Assembly (NCBI RefSeq): GCF_009914755.1
Contig: NC_060928.1
From: the human T2T-CHM13v2.0 reference genome, Homo sapiens
Reading direction: 5' to 3' (one strand)
Length of the DNA stretch: 64,000 nucleotides
The position numbers and the translations under genes were made by a program. Below, one piece after another: positions 1 through 14,100 of this stretch. Positions within the stretch are counted from its first letter, which is position 1. Every line of letters starts with the position of its first letter. The notes beneath the pieces are model-generated. The model did no database searches and was not told where the DNA came from. It saw only the letters and a list, made by a program, of their open reading frames with translations.

Positions 1-138
1 TTATAATGCATAGATCCCTAACAGACACATTTTCAGGAGGGCTGCAGTGGAGACAAGAAGGGTACAGTTCTGAAGTGGACAGTTAAAAAAAAAAATTACA
101 GATGTTTCTGATACAAACCAATTTTGAGAACCATTCCA
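1..138. mobile_element. Degraded MER5-type hAT MITE, terminal part
   Basis: gatgtttctgatacaaaccaattttgagaaccatt resembles the MER5 terminus (gattctgatg...tttgagaaccactg). Confidence 0.45.
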
Positions 139-1924
139 GTGCATCACGAAAATAACCTCAGCACAATAAGCTCATTAAAGTTCATATAGAGACAAATCTC
201 TTGCTTAAAATAGTTTTAAAAAATAGGTGCCTCAAACCTGGCATTTATTCATCATCATACTTAAGCTTACAGAATGTATTTGTGACATACAGGAGCTTTA
301 ATGAAAGGACTAAAAAGCCAGCCTTTGCCAAAAATGCCATGTCTACAGTTAAAACTAATAATTCTTAAATTTTCTGTAGCTTAATGTTCACATCTGTGGC
401 CTGTGTGAGAAGTTCCTTAATTTAATAATTTTTAATCCCTCTATCTAGAAGGACTGTCTTAATTAAGAGAATGCTGGAAATAGAAGTCTGTAAATCTAAC
501 AGTGTGTGACAAATACTAAAATGTAAATTATGAAACTCTTTAGAAAAGTAATATTGTCAGTGTTTAGGTCCATGAAATGTCCTCTGAAAAGCCAAGGCAG
601 CTTTCCAGATAAATTCAGACTTCAGTAGTTTTGCTTAAAATATTCATTAAAGTTATAGGAAAGAAGATTTTTAGCTTGAATTAACTAAATGGCTGTCTTA
701 ATCCTTTACCTCATTATGCATATGAGGTTATCCTTTGTTTGCTATGAGATTTTTCAGAAATCAGATTTTAATTTTGAGTTAATTTGATTTATGTGGTTGA
801 GTTATTTCAATTAGCTTTCTTTTATCCTAAAATTTAAAATATAAATTGAATTTCTGGAAAAGTGAATTTATTTCTTAGAGTATTTTACATGGTAAACAAG
901 AAGAGGTTTGTTATATCTTTTTAAGCAAATGTTTTAGCAATAACTTAAGAAAAATTAATAATCAGTCTGTTTAATAAATATTTATCTAACATTGTATTAG
1001 GTATTGCCACAAATTGAACTTTTAAAATTTTCCAACTGTATCAGGGGAAAAACATGCTTTTAATACTTTGTACATTCTAATACTTCGCTGCCTTGGAACA
1101 CTGAATACACATCAGCTAATATCAATGTCTTGCACTTACCTAATACCTTTCCTCAAGCAGCTTCCATAGTGCTCTGCCAACTAAAAACAATCAGAAGTCT
1201 CTGGGGTGACTCATTATGTAACAAACTCAAACTAAGAAAATTGTTGTGGAATGCATTTCTCCTATGGGAGCATAGTTCATCTTGTATAGTAATTAAACCC
1301 TGTGGAGTCACAAGGAGCAATGGACCCAGCAACTGAGCACTGACAGACACTGGCCAGAATAATCGTGGATACAGGAATCATTCAGCTCATCTGCATCTAC
1401 ATATGTGATCACATTATGTGATCCAGATTTTTAAACTTGATTTTTGTGGAAACTATGGACTATAATTACTGTTGAAATCATCCTGGAACATTCACTCTTC
1501 ACTGACTACTTTTTCCATATACATGTCTAAATTGTATTTGTTTTGCTTCTACATTCTGGCTTCCAGCCCTCGGCTCTGGGGACAGGTTCCTCATTCCCAC
1601 CTCTGGCTCCAAAATTTGGCATTTTTACATATTAACTCTAATACTCAGACCTCAGTTTTCCCCCAAGAGATTCTGATTTGGTGCTGTTCCTTATTCTCAG
1701 TGGCCTAGGCTGTCTCTAGTTTAAAAGGTAAACAAAGAAAAATATGCATCTCTGGTAGCATAAGACCAGCTTGATCTTTGTCAGCTGCAAAAAAAAAAAA
1801 AAAAAAAAAAGGCCTCCAAAGCATTTATTTTGATCGCAATTAATCAAGAAAGGAAACCCAGTGTTGGGCCAAGACAAGGAACCAAGTAAACATCTGCTAA
1901 CACATTAAATGGATAGACTGAAAA

Positions 1925-2440
1925 TTCAATTCGATAAACATTTGTTAAGCATCTTCTGTGTTTTCTGAACCATGCTAGGAATTAATGGGCAGCAGGTAAT
2001 GTATAAAATTATGTGGCATAATATCTGTAATCAAAGAGTTTGTTGTATCATTAGGGAAATAAGATTTAAGGAGGTAAGTCAATTGAAAAAATATGTGGCA
2101 TATGGCAATTAATATCTGAAAGACAATATAGAATAATGAAAGTAAATATCAAAGAAGCTTTGAGCAACAATAAATAATATTAGATCTAAATACATAAAGA
2201 AAGTCTTAAGGACGAATTGAGGCCTCTATTGTGCTTGGTAGACATAAGGTGATTAAATCATTTCAAGGCGTAGAGATGGTGTGAGATTGGCATATGAGAG
2301 TTCAGGATGCTATTTTAAATAACATAGAAAATTTGTTTAAGATTATTAATTGGTTTAGGCCATATATAGTTATTAGGATCACCACTTGAAAGGAGAGAGG
2401 AAGGAAACCAGACCCCAGACCTGGCAGAAAGAAAAATCCT
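1925..2440 (-). mobile_element. Degraded L2 3' region
   Basis: attcgataaacatttgttaagcatcttctgtg...catgctagga resembles the reverse complement of the L2 3' end. Confidence 0.4.
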
Positions 2441-2459
2441 ATGAGCAATATAAAATTTT

Positions 2460-2537
2460 ATTAATTATAAAATATAAAATTACATTAATTATAAAATATA
2501 AAATTATATTTTATATTTATATTTATAAAATTATAAA
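2460..2537. repeat. AT-rich tandem repeat with a 24-bp period
   Basis: attaattataaaatataaaatta at 2460-2482 and 2484-2506, then degenerate copies. Confidence 0.8.
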
Positions 2538-3977
2538 TGCATTGATACAAGACAGAGAAGTAATAAAGATAAGAACCTTAAGTTATTTCTGAAAATAGAA
2601 ACAAGGTACACTGAGTTGGAAAAAGAATATTTCACTACAAATCCCTGGTGAAAGGGAGGAAACCTGGATTGAATGGGTTTTCAAAGTGTCATTGCAAAGA
2701 GTGTCAAATGGCCACCGTCAAAGATTACTGGGAAGAACATATGGATAAGTTATCATGGCACAAAGAATTTATGTTATCTTGTAAAGGAGACGGAGAAGGA
2801 ACTTGAATTTAAAGGTATTGTTACTGGGGAAATTATGAAGCATACACTTATGTATTAATTGGAGAGTTAGGGAACAACCCATGCTAGCAAAACAAGCTTA
2901 GTGGAAATAATGAGAGGGAGTATAAAACGGAAAAATAATTAACATTTCTGGTTATGTGTTTATAAAAAAATCTACAATGTAATAAAGCATTTCTAAAATG
3001 CTTGTATGTTTATGGGTTTTGTCTGATTATTGGAATCCAATTGTGACTACACTTAGTATGTGCAAGTATCTTGTGTAATTACTACATCTTTTTAATGTAA
3101 GTATTCTGTCTCTGAAGACCTTTCAGAAGCGACTGAATGATCAGCCTTCAATACCAAATACAGTATAATGGATCAGATGAATTCTTAAGATCTTTGATTC
3201 TATTGTCTTGAAATTATTTTTCCTAATTTTGGCCACATATATTTTCTGAAGTTGAGCAGATTACAACATAGCCAAGACATTCATTTCAGTCTGTTGGAGA
3301 ATCAATAGCAGTCACCACAATCACATAATATGTGTGATAATTACAGCATGCCCTGAAGAGTCAGTTATACTAGTTTATATGATTTATATTATGCTCATGA
3401 CAAAAGAACATCATCACAAACTGAGTCTTTCAAATAACACTATGGGACTGATCTTTGCTCCTTTCTAATTTGTTGAGAGACTAAAAAGAATCATTTTATT
3501 AAATCCTTTTTTAAAAAGGGTAACATGTTAGAAGTAATCAAAATATCTAAGGAAGGTACAGGGGTATTAATAATTAGCTTGTGAATATAATTTAGGATTA
3601 AATAAAATCAAATTTCTATATTCTATTTTACTTTGTTGAAAAGACATATGGAATGAAAATTTTATTTAAAAACAAGATTTATTTTGGCAAATAAAGTTAG
3701 CCTCAGTCTTACTCTCCAAGTAAATAAATGTACAAGCTAATCTTTGTTAATGTTCTCTGTAGCTTTCAAAATATTAGTAAATCTAGCTGAACAAGGAGCA
3801 AAATAGAAAAAACTGTTTCGGAGGGCCAATATGTATTTCTTCACTTATCTTCAGAAAATGTAAAGCAGTCATCCCAAAAGAGGGAACTGGAATCATGGCG
3901 GAAGGTCTTTAATTACTGCTTGCCTCAGAATTGGGTCAGAACCTGTCCACTCTTATCGCTGAAGAATGATAGAGAAA

Positions 3978-3980
<3 letters not shown>

Positions 3981-4034
<54 letters not shown>
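3981..4034 (+). repeat. (TG)27 microsatellite
   Basis: Read directly. Confidence 0.98.
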
Positions 4035-4036
<2 letters not shown>

Positions 4037-4179
4037 TGTGGTGGGGAGGAAGCATTCTCACACAGGGCTGTAAGGCTCCTTCCCCTTCCATATTCTGAAA
4101 CTTCACTGTCAGTATCTCTGGGGTCCTCAGAAACCCTGGTATTCTCAAGCCTAGTGGCACAGTTTCCTAAGCCATTTCA

Positions 4180-4330
4180 TGAGGAGATATACCTAATGCT
4201 AAATGACAAGTTAATGGGTGCAGCACACCAACATGGTACATGTATACATATGTAACAAACCTGCATGTTGTGCACATGCACCCTAAAACTTAAAGTATAA
4301 TAATAATAACATTTAAAAAAAAGAAAGAAG
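4180..4330 (+). mobile_element. Short L1PA 3' end with A-rich tail
   Basis: ggagatatacctaatgctaaatgac...gcagcacaccaacatgg...ccctaaaacttaaagtataataat is the L1PA 3' terminus. Confidence 0.92.
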
Positions 4331-4465
4331 TAGTAGTTTCCTCTTATAAGTGTCAAAATTCTGACTTAATGCATCAGAGAATTAAAAACTAAATTTAACA
4401 AAGTGTTTCCTGTATGATATTAAGGTTCAAGCAAAGGAGTCCTGGACCTAACAGTCCTAATCAAG

Positions 4466-4472
<7 letters not shown>

Positions 4473-4522
<50 letters not shown>
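4473..4522 (+). repeat. (AC)25 microsatellite
   Basis: Read directly. Confidence 0.98.
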
Positions 4523-4526
<4 letters not shown>

Positions 4527-4629
4527 CAAATGGCATTATTTTGGATTCCTAAAGTTTGTCTAGATGTAGAGATACATGTATCTGCTCAAATATTATTTTT
4601 ATGCCTTGTAATGAAATATCTTACTAGTT

Positions 4630-5395
4630 TTTTCAAGGAAAAACACCCTCAAACTGTGATTTTCTATTTTACACAGAAGACTTCTGTGACCAAATGTGTA
4701 GGTTTTTTTCCCCACATACCAAACAAACAAGCAATTCTGCAGCAGACACCAGCCGGGTGTCACCCACATTCAGTTCTACCTGGAGATAGTATCAGATCCC
4801 ACAGGTTCAGGGCTCAGTCTCACCAGACTGTCCCCCAACCTTCAGACACCAGTCACAAGTCCAGACTTCTGGAACTTCTGACTTCAAATTGGGGTTCCCA
4901 CAACCCCCTCCTTAGGTTCAATGAGTTTGCTAGAGAGGCTCACAGAACTCAGGGAAATATTCAGGTGTATGGGTTTATTACAGAGGATACAGATGAAGAG
5001 ATGCATAGAGCAAAACATGTGAGAAAGGGTGCCAAGTTTACATGTATCCCCCACCCAGGAACCTCCACATGTTCAGCCATCCATAAGTTCTCTGTATCCA
5101 GTCCTTCTGGGTTTTTATGATATGATTGATTAAACTATTGGCTGATGTAATCAATTTAACTTTCACCCTCTCCCTCCTCCTTGGAGGAGGGGTTGGGCTA
5201 AAAGTCCCAACCATCTGCAATCCTGCTTGGTGTCTCTGAGTGACCAGCCTTCATCCTGAAGCTACACAGGGGCTGCCAGCCATCAGTCAACTCATTAGTA
5301 TGCAAAAAAGACATCACTTTGGCAATTCTAAGGATTTTAGGAGTTGTATGCTAGGAAAGGGGTCAAAGACCAAATATGTATTTCACAATATCACA
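4630..5395 (-). mobile_element. MER21-family solo LTR
   Basis: Reverse complement starts TGTGATATTGTGAAATACATATTTGGTCTTTG...CATACAACTCCTAAAATCCTT, the MER21A/B start; also contains acacagaagacttctgtgaccaaatgtgt. Confidence 0.85.
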
Positions 5396-6504
5396 AGTCT
5401 TTATTCAGTTTAAGGGGAAAATGGCAACATGGAATTTTATATTTTAAAGGCAAATTATAAAGCACCCTACCATTTGACGACCAGTTTAAGTCCTGGAAAA
5501 CTGAGTGTTTTGACATCATTGAAGGCTAGTAGATGGCAGAAACAATGTAGAAAAATCTCCTGATCCAGAGACCCCTGTTCTTTCATCAATTTCTGACCCA
5601 ATTTGATGAGTATAAAGCATAGGTATGTTTTAAGTAAAAACCAAAAATCAACAATCTAATAAGTACATTTATTTACATGTAATTTATTTACTTTTTACTA
5701 CTGGGAATAGTTCTGAAAAGAATATATTTTATAATATAATTCTGAATTACATGCATAGCCTCTTTGGAAACTATATTTTACTAAGTTTTTTATATCTGAA
5801 AGATCCAATTTTTTTATTACTGAAGGAATAGTTAAGTTTGAGGGATGGCTGTTTTTTCTCATCATATTTTTATTCTCGTGGTTCACTGATTATGAAAAAT
5901 CACAGGTATAATTAATCTAACATTAGTAATGTTATTATTTTTTGGAATAAATGATGCTTATGACAAATAATTTTTATAGTATAATTAGTAACGTGGAAAG
6001 TGCTAGAAGAAATAATGGGTCAAAGTTCAGAAAGTCAATATATATTCTTCTTTCTATATCTGGTAGATTTTAATAATGAAAGAACTATTACTATAAAATT
6101 ATAATTTGTATTTTCTGCTGCTGAATATGCTATATTCCTAAAGTTCCAAAACAATCAGCAGACTTACGAAATTTGGTTAAAATAATTGTCCTGGTAACTA
6201 CGTATGGGCATAGCCAATATGTCATTTTTTGTGTTCTTGGAAGAATAAAGATATAATTAGTTGACTATATAAATATTGATTTTCATTAGTTGTTTATAGA
6301 TACGCATTCATATATTTTTAGCCAAATCTGATTCAACCTAAAAACGGCATCAATCTTCCCCACCAATTCCTACAGAATCCCCTATAGATATTATCTTCAA
6401 TTTAGAATGGTCTTATTAGGTCTATATATATCTATGGTATTTCACCCAGAACTCTTCTCAGTCAAATGTAAAAGTTATTAGAGTATTTGTTAAATTGGGA
6501 AATC

Positions 6505-6746
6505 TAACAAACATACATGCACACAGGGAGAACACCATGTGAAGACTGGAGTTACTCTCCCACAAATCAAGGAACTACCAGAAGCTGCGTCCTAAAAGAT
6601 GCTTCCCTAGTGCTTTCAGAGTGAGCATGGCTATATCAACACTTTGATCTGGACTTCTAGCCTCCAGAACCATGACAATATATTTCTATTGTTTAAGCCA
6701 TGCAGTTTTTGGTACTTTGTTACAGCAGTCTTAGGAAACTAAAACA
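6505..6746 (+). mobile_element. MLT1 (B/C-like) MaLR LTR, 3' half
   Basis: gaacaccatgtgaagac...ggacttctagcctccagaac...tttaagcca...tttgttacagcagtcttaggaaactaaaaca. Confidence 0.85.
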
Positions 6747-7653
6747 CTTCCACAGACAGGTCCATTGATTCATTGTTATTGTTAACCCTCTGCATAACAC
6801 TCAGATGATAGCAATGGGCATCAAATCCAAGAGAAACAGCCAAGATAGGAAGAGAAGACAGAGGATGATGCAGTGAGGGCCAAGAGCAGAGAAAATCAAA
6901 GCCTCAGAGTAGTCTGAGAATGAAGAATATGAACCAGTGTTTGCATTTTATAAGTGTTACCCTACATGTTGGTTACAGGGGGCTTGAAGGAGCTGTTTGA
7001 GGCTAAAAAACAGTATGGGAGCAGGTGGTAAATGATCAAAGGCAAATGGTAATCCAGGTGTATTTTGAAACACTAGAACATATATTTCCTAAGTCTTGAA
7101 CATAGTCCAACAGTTAGAGGTCCATCTGAGTCAGTATAAGAAAGATAATTATGACAATTTGAGCTCTGTAAAAATAAACAAGGGCTACTCTCGTAGTACC
7201 AAACTTTAATGTTCAAGTGGGAGATATACAACTACTTACTGGGACAATTAATAAATTAATTCAAAAATATTTTTAAAGGCTGGGTTCAATAATTTCTGAA
7301 GTACCCTTTAATTTGGGGATTCTGTGACATTAGATATTGTGTTTACTATTTGTACATAGGTTGTTTCTTGTAAAGAAATGGTTCCTTATATAGAGAAACC
7401 TTGTATAGTAATATATTTTGCTAAAGAGCAGCCCATATGAATAGACAAGGAGTATGCTGCTGTTGATGGTTTACCATAAAGCAGAAACACTGAAGAAAAA
7501 GGTAAAGGAGATAATAGTTGTTCAATCTTATCAAAGAAGAAGACTTAAATAATCAGCTTGTGGAAAAAAAAGTAAGATATAATGGTCTAGCTATTGACTA
7601 TTTGATTTTCCATTACACATTTGTTATCTATAATTTAAAGTAATTGCCTTAAA

Positions 7654-7680
7654 TACACACACACACACACACACACACAC
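7654..7680 (+). repeat. (AC)n microsatellite
   Basis: Read directly. Confidence 0.95.
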
Positions 7681-8177
7681 GTAGATTCTACATGCAAAAT
7701 GTCTAAAAAAAGATATAAGTAACAAAAGAGATTCTTAATATAGGTACTAAAAATTGTTTTATTACCCTAAGAAAATTTCACAGAGAAAAAAAATTCAATA
7801 AAAAGGTGAGAGGGCATAAAATAAATTATAAAATATAATAAAATATTTGAAAATAAGCTATTGAATATTTAAAAGTACCATTACAACTACTCTATAAGAA
7901 TAAATCAGAAGATTTATTAGATATTATATCATTTTTATAGACTATTCTCTATCTATACTAGGCCTCTAAAGTCTCATACATTAGAGCATTGTAACAGTCA
8001 TTCAGATTTTTAAAAACTTTAAACAATATTAATAATCATATAGATCTTTCAATACTCTAAAGCAGTAAAGTTCTGGTGTTTTTATATTATTTTATATAAA
8101 TAGCATTAATACTCATGTTAATTAATATTAACACAGGAGTACTATGTTAATATTTTGATTAAATAAATGAGATAATG

Positions 8178-8972
8178 GCTGTTGAGCTAATTAGCATATT
8201 CATTACCTCATACACTTATTTGTTGTAAGGAAAATTAAAATCTACTCTCAGCAATTTTCAAGAATACAACATATTGTTATTAACTATAGTCACCATTGTG
8301 TACAAAATAGATATCTTCTATCTAACTAAAATTTTATATCCTTTGACCAACATCTCCACAACTTTACCCTCCTATCCTCGGTAACCATCATTCTACTCTC
8401 TGCTTCTATGAGTTCAACTTTGTTAGATTTCACATACAAATGAGATTATGCATCATTTATCTTAATGTTCTCCAGCTTCATCTGTGATGTTGCAAATGAC
8501 AGGAATTTTTTCTACTTTTAAAGGCTGAATCATCATTCCATTGTCTGTATTTACCACATTTTCTTTATTCATCCACTGATGGACACTTAGGTTGATTCTA
8601 TATCTTAACTATTGTGAATAGTGCTGTAATAAACATAGAAGTGCAGATATCTCTTAGACATAGTGATTTCATTTCCTTTGGATATATAGCAAATAGATTG
8701 CTAGATCATATGGTAGTTACAGTTTTCAATTTTTAAGGACCATCCATTCTGTTTTTCCTAGGACTGCACTAATTTACATTTCCAGTAACAGTATACAAGG
8801 GTTCCCTTTCCTGTACATCTTCTCCAACATGTATATTCCTTCATCTTTTTGGTAATTATCATTCTAAAAGATGTGAGGTGATCCCTCATTAGCCATTACC
8901 CAATGTATATATATTTCAAAACATGTTGTAGTTTATAAATAGATATTATTTTGGTTAAAAAAAACCGACAAA
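8178..8972. mobile_element. L1MA-type 3' fragment with 5' inversion (minus 8178-8890, plus 8889-8972), inserted in a MIR
   Basis: L1MA ORF2 end and 3'UTR on the minus strand, then the extreme 3' end and A-tail on plus; TSD-like aaatgagataatg / aaatgaaaataatg. Confidence 0.82.
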
Positions 8973-9045
8973 AAATGAAAATAATGCATGTAAACTCCTT
9001 GGTACATGGCTTGTCAAAGAAAAAGTACTAATTAATAGTTAACCA
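8973..9045 (+). mobile_element. MIR 3' part (5' part at about 8130-8177)
   Basis: ataatgcatgtaaactccttggtacatggcttgtca...attaatagttaac resembles the MIR 3' segment. Confidence 0.6.
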
Positions 9046-9399
9046 CTCATATTTGAAGCTTAAAGTTACCTAATAAAGGCTTTAATCAATTTAAAAGTAC
9101 TTAGTTTGCAAAAAAGATGGATATTAAATATTTTAAAAATAACAATTGAGTATATTTCTTGACACTCTACTTAAGAGTATTCAAACACACAGTAAAACTG
9201 GGTATCTTTTATGTAAAGAGAATTATTTCCACTAGTTGATTAAATATAAAGATGCTTATCAAACAGCACTTTTCAAAAAATAAGAGTTATAAAAAAGCCA
9301 TATACCTCACATCAAAACTGTAGTTTAAAGGATGCAATTTTTCATAATGGGAGTGTTACAGTACCATTATAAATTTGAATTATTGTATTGAAGAAAATA

Positions 9400-9650
9400 A
9401 TAATGGCAACATTAATTGCTATTTATTGAGCCAACTCATATCTGCCAAATAATGTAGTAAGCATTCTACATATATATGTACATATAAATATACATATATA
9501 TGTATAATTTAATTTGTTCCCCAACACAATCTTCCTAGGCATGATTATTATCTCCATTTAACAGAGAAGGAAACTAACTTGCCCAAGGTCCCACATATAG
9601 TTAATGACTGATTTATATAAGATTACATTTAACTCTGTCTGATACCAAAA
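9400..9650 (-). mobile_element. MIR
   Basis: atttattgag...attattatctccatttaacagagaaggaaactaacttgcccaaggtcccaca (MIR core). Confidence 0.8.
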
Positions 9651-11149
9651 AACTTAATAACAACATGTTAATAAAGAGTTCTGATGTACAGAATGCAGAT
9701 CAAATATGATATTAATTGTGCGAGGTGATAATCAGATTGATCATGGATCCCTGATTACACTGCCCTTGAAATCCATGCTGCAAAGCCAAGCAGGCAATGC
9801 ATGTGGTATTATTAGAATGTCCTTCTGGTTTTGATAATAATAACACTCAGATCAAGGCACTCTATAGTAATGTTTTTGCTATCATAAGTTTCTATACTAC
9901 TTGGCCATTTTCCCAAGAATAAGTAGTCAATAGAGTACTAATAGGTCAAAAATATAAAACATTAACTTTAAAATAATTGAAAAAATAAATGAAACATAGA
10001 TATGCTAAATAATACTTTAGGCCATATTATGATTTATTGAAATGAAAAGATAAGTGTTCAGCAAGACATTATTTCTTGAAAGTCTTAACAGATGGTAGTT
10101 GCCAGGGATGCCAGAAAACAAAATTAATTCACTACCCTCAAATCTGTAGGTTTTGGATGGAAAATTCAATAAAATATTCAGTAAATTCAAATATATGAGA
10201 AAAGAGAAAGATTTAGAGAAAGAGAAAGCACAAGAGAGAGAGACTGAGAAACTGCAAGCTTTAAGATACTTAAAAAGAATAAGCTGGATTATTTGGGTTA
10301 GAACATTTGCTGATACAATTACTAAGTTAGATAGAATGTAATTTTTTTAAGTCACTGTGGAGGTTACATTAAAGAAGAAGGAACACTTGAGCAGAGAACT
10401 AAGAAGTACTTATTCCATACAATGGATAATAGCTATACTTGGTTTGAAAATAAAATAAATTCTGTACTATGACTTTATTGTGAATATTTTACATAATTTT
10501 AAATTTGACAGCTTTTCTTTCATAGAAAAACAACCACCTAATAAAATGTTTACTATTATATGGAATAGAAACAATAGAAACAATGATTACTGTTGTTTCT
10601 AATAAAGCAATGAAAACATAGACCTCTGTTTAGAATTTTTTAATTATCGGTTATGTTTAGTTAGTCATTAAGAAGGGCTGCAATTATCCAAGGATCATTT
10701 TGCTAACAGTAGCTACTATTAACAAATGAATAAGAAATTTTAAAAAAGTGATGGACATTTAGACAATATTAAAATTATTATATAAAGCTTTCTGCTTCAG
10801 AACAGATAATTTAATGTGGCCACAGTCATATTATCCAATAGTCTACTTTTCCTTTTTAAGAAGAGGTTAATATATAAATTACCCTTTAAATTAATTCGAA
10901 AACCATTTGCTGTTAGTGTCTGTAGGGGAATAATTACTAGAAAAATACTTAGTAACTTCTCTTGTGGCCTATATATCAATAATTTAAAAGCATGTGGTTA
11001 GATTAGATAAGTGTAAAGCACATAGATACATCATGATTCCTACTAGGCACTCAAAACTGTTAGGTTACAAACACCTAGGAAGAGAATGGAAATCATAAAA
11101 TTAGGTAATAATATAAGAGACAAGATAAATAGCACAGGAAAGGAAGCAG

Positions 11150-14100
11150 TAGGAGGTTAAAAATGAAGGTTGGGAGATTTGTTCCTCTATTGTTTTCAGG
11201 CTTTTTTCACACTGTATGCAACTGTCGCTATAAACTACTATAAAACTAGACAAATTATATGAAACAAATGGTTTTAGGCATTGTACAATAGGCAGCACAG
11301 ACACATGATTCCTGAAAGTGGGAAACAAGAAGGTAATTCCTACAATTTTCCAGCTTTCTGCCTGGAGGCAATTACTTGACTTGTTGTAGAGAAGGAGTCA
11401 AAAAGCGTGCCTGGTTGTCTGTTTCATTAAGGAGATAAAGATGAAGGTGGAGAGTAATAGAGATGGATGGAATTTACAACAGCAAAGAACCAGAGAGAAA
11501 CGAGCTATAAAGAGAAAGCTCCTAAAATCCGTATAACTGTCCCCTTGAGTCTTTGGTTACACACTAATTTGCAAGGTTATGAAGGGAAACTCCACAAATA
11601 AGGAAAAAAATAACTACTTAAGAGCTTCAGACAAAACAAATATCAGAGTTTACACAGACTTCAAGTTTTAGCAAATGAGAGAGCAGATAACTTATAGAAT
11701 CATAAGATATTCAGCAGAGATCCCAGAACACTCATACCTTATAATAAATTATCTTCTAGACCCTCCCTAAATAAAGATTAAAACAAGCCTCTAAAGGAAG
11801 ACATTAAAACTCAAGTAAACTGGCTGTTTACCAAAACAACTTACACTTTATAAGGAAAGATAACAAAATCCAGATTCTCAACAACAGAATATTCACAATA
11901 TCTGGCATTGAATAAGACATGACTAGATATACAAAGAAGAAGAAAATGTAATTCTGACCTTAATCACGATTAAGGTCAGTGATGTCAAAGAGTCCAAAAA
12001 TGGAGACGATTAAGTTAGCAGACAAGCAGTTATAACAGCTATTATATTAAAAAATTAATTTAAAAATCGATATAAGTAAAAAAACAAATGGAAAATATAA
12101 AAAAAGAACAACATGGAACTTTTGATATTAAAAATACCATATTTGAAATAAAAATTCACTATGTAAATGTAAAATCAAATTAGATGTTACAGAAAAAGAT
12201 AATTGAACCTGAAAACATAGCAATAGATAATGTCCAAACCATAGCGCCAAAAAAAAACTTAAAAAACCAGTGAATCAGTAACATGTGGGGAAAATCAAGA
12301 CGTTAAACACACATATAACTGGAGTACAAGAAGTAGAGAAAAGAGAGGAATTAATAGGAAAATACATTGAACGAAATAGTGTTTGAAAATTTTCTAAAAT
12401 GTATGATAATTAAATCCACTGATCCAAGAAGCCCATCAAATCCCAAACTTAAGAAACATAAAGAAAATCAGATACAGGTATGCCAAATTCAAATTTCTGA
12501 AAACGTTTAACTAAAAGAAAATCTTAAATAATGCTGGTGAGCAAAAGGCCTGTTTCATAGAAGAGAAGAAAAATAAGAATCCTACCAACTTATCTTTAGT
12601 ACATCTGAAATAAAAAAGCCTGTCAGGTATGAATTAAACACAAATGAAAACATTCTTCAAAAATGAAAGCAAAATTAACTATATTAACACACGTAATAAT
12701 AGAAAATTTATGTTAGCATTCCTGAACTACAAAAAATGTTAAAGGAAATTATTCAGGCAGAAGGAAAGAATGAGAAGAGGAATAAGGAAAAATCCCAATG
12801 TAAGGGTCTTAGATGTTAAATAGCATGATGTATGCTATCTGTGCAAAATGGTATAAGGACAGAGGGCAATCAGTTAAATATTAATATTTAAATAACGGAA
12901 ATCACCATAAAAAATTAAATAGATATTGCTAATAAGCCAAAGATGGCAATACAATTAAATTCTAAATGTAATCCAAAATAAGTCATGAAGAAGTAGAAAA
13001 AAAATAAAAACAAAAAGAACAAGTAAAAAATACAGCAGGATAGATTTCATATCAAAAGTCTTACACTTATATTAAATGTAAATGGTATAAACACACCAAT
13101 TCAAGGCAGAAATTGTCAGACTGTATAAATAAAGCAGAAGCAAACTACAGTAGTCAACGAAAAAGTACTTTGAATGTAAGTACACATAAGTAAAATGTAA
13201 AATTATTTAAAGAGAAATATCATGTAAACACTATTCAAAACAAACTAGAATTCAGAAATCAAATAGTACTAGAAATAAAGAAACACATTTCATTATGCTA
13301 AAATAATGAGGTACCATCTCACCAGTCAGAATGGCAGTTATTAAAAAGTCAAGAAACAATGAATGCTGTGAGGCTGTGGAGAAATAGGAACACTTTTACA
13401 CTGCTAGTAGGAATGTAAATTAGTTCAACCATTGTGGAAGACAGTGTGGTGATGCCCCAAGGATCTGGAACCAGAAATACCATTTGATCCAGCAATCCCA
13501 TTACTAGGTATACAATGAAAGGAATATAAATCATTCTATTATAAAGATACATGCATGTGTATGTTTATTGCAGCACTATTCACAATAGCAAAAACATGGA
13601 ATCAACCCAAATGCCCCACAATGATAGATTGGATGAAGAAAACGTGGTATATATACACCATGGAATACTATGCAGCCATAAAAAGAATGAGATCATGTCC
13701 TTTGCAGGGACATGGATGGAGCTGGAAGCCATTATTCTCAGCAAACTAACACAGGAACAGAAAACCAAGTATTGCCTGTGTTCACTCATAATTGAAAAGT
13801 GAACAATGAGAAAACATGGACACAGGAAGGGGAACAACACACACTGGGGCCTGTCGAGGATTGTGGGGAGAGAGAACATCAAGATAAATAGCTAATGCAT
13901 GTGGGGCTTAAAAATCTGGGTGATGGGTTGATAGGTTTAGCAAACCACCATGGCACATGTTTACATACATATATATATATATGCATGTTCTGCACATGTA
14001 TCCCAGAACTTAAAATAAAATACAATGAAACAATAATAATAATTTATTAGGAAGATATACAAACATAAATTGTATGCATATCATAATAGAAATCCTAAAT

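Noticed and set aside
1402-1423. 12-bp palindrome atgtgatcacat with a 9-bp direct repeat
   Set aside because: Short enough to occur by chance in AT-rich DNA.
1789-1810. Isolated poly-A run as a processed pseudogene tail
   Set aside because: No upstream polyadenylation signal, ORF or TSD is recognisable.
3920-4255. ORFs with CV or HT repeats
   Set aside because: Translation of the (TG)n tract and the L1 tail.
4530-5120. 196-aa ORF
   Set aside because: It lies antisense within the MER21 LTR and has no recognisable domain; a chance frame.
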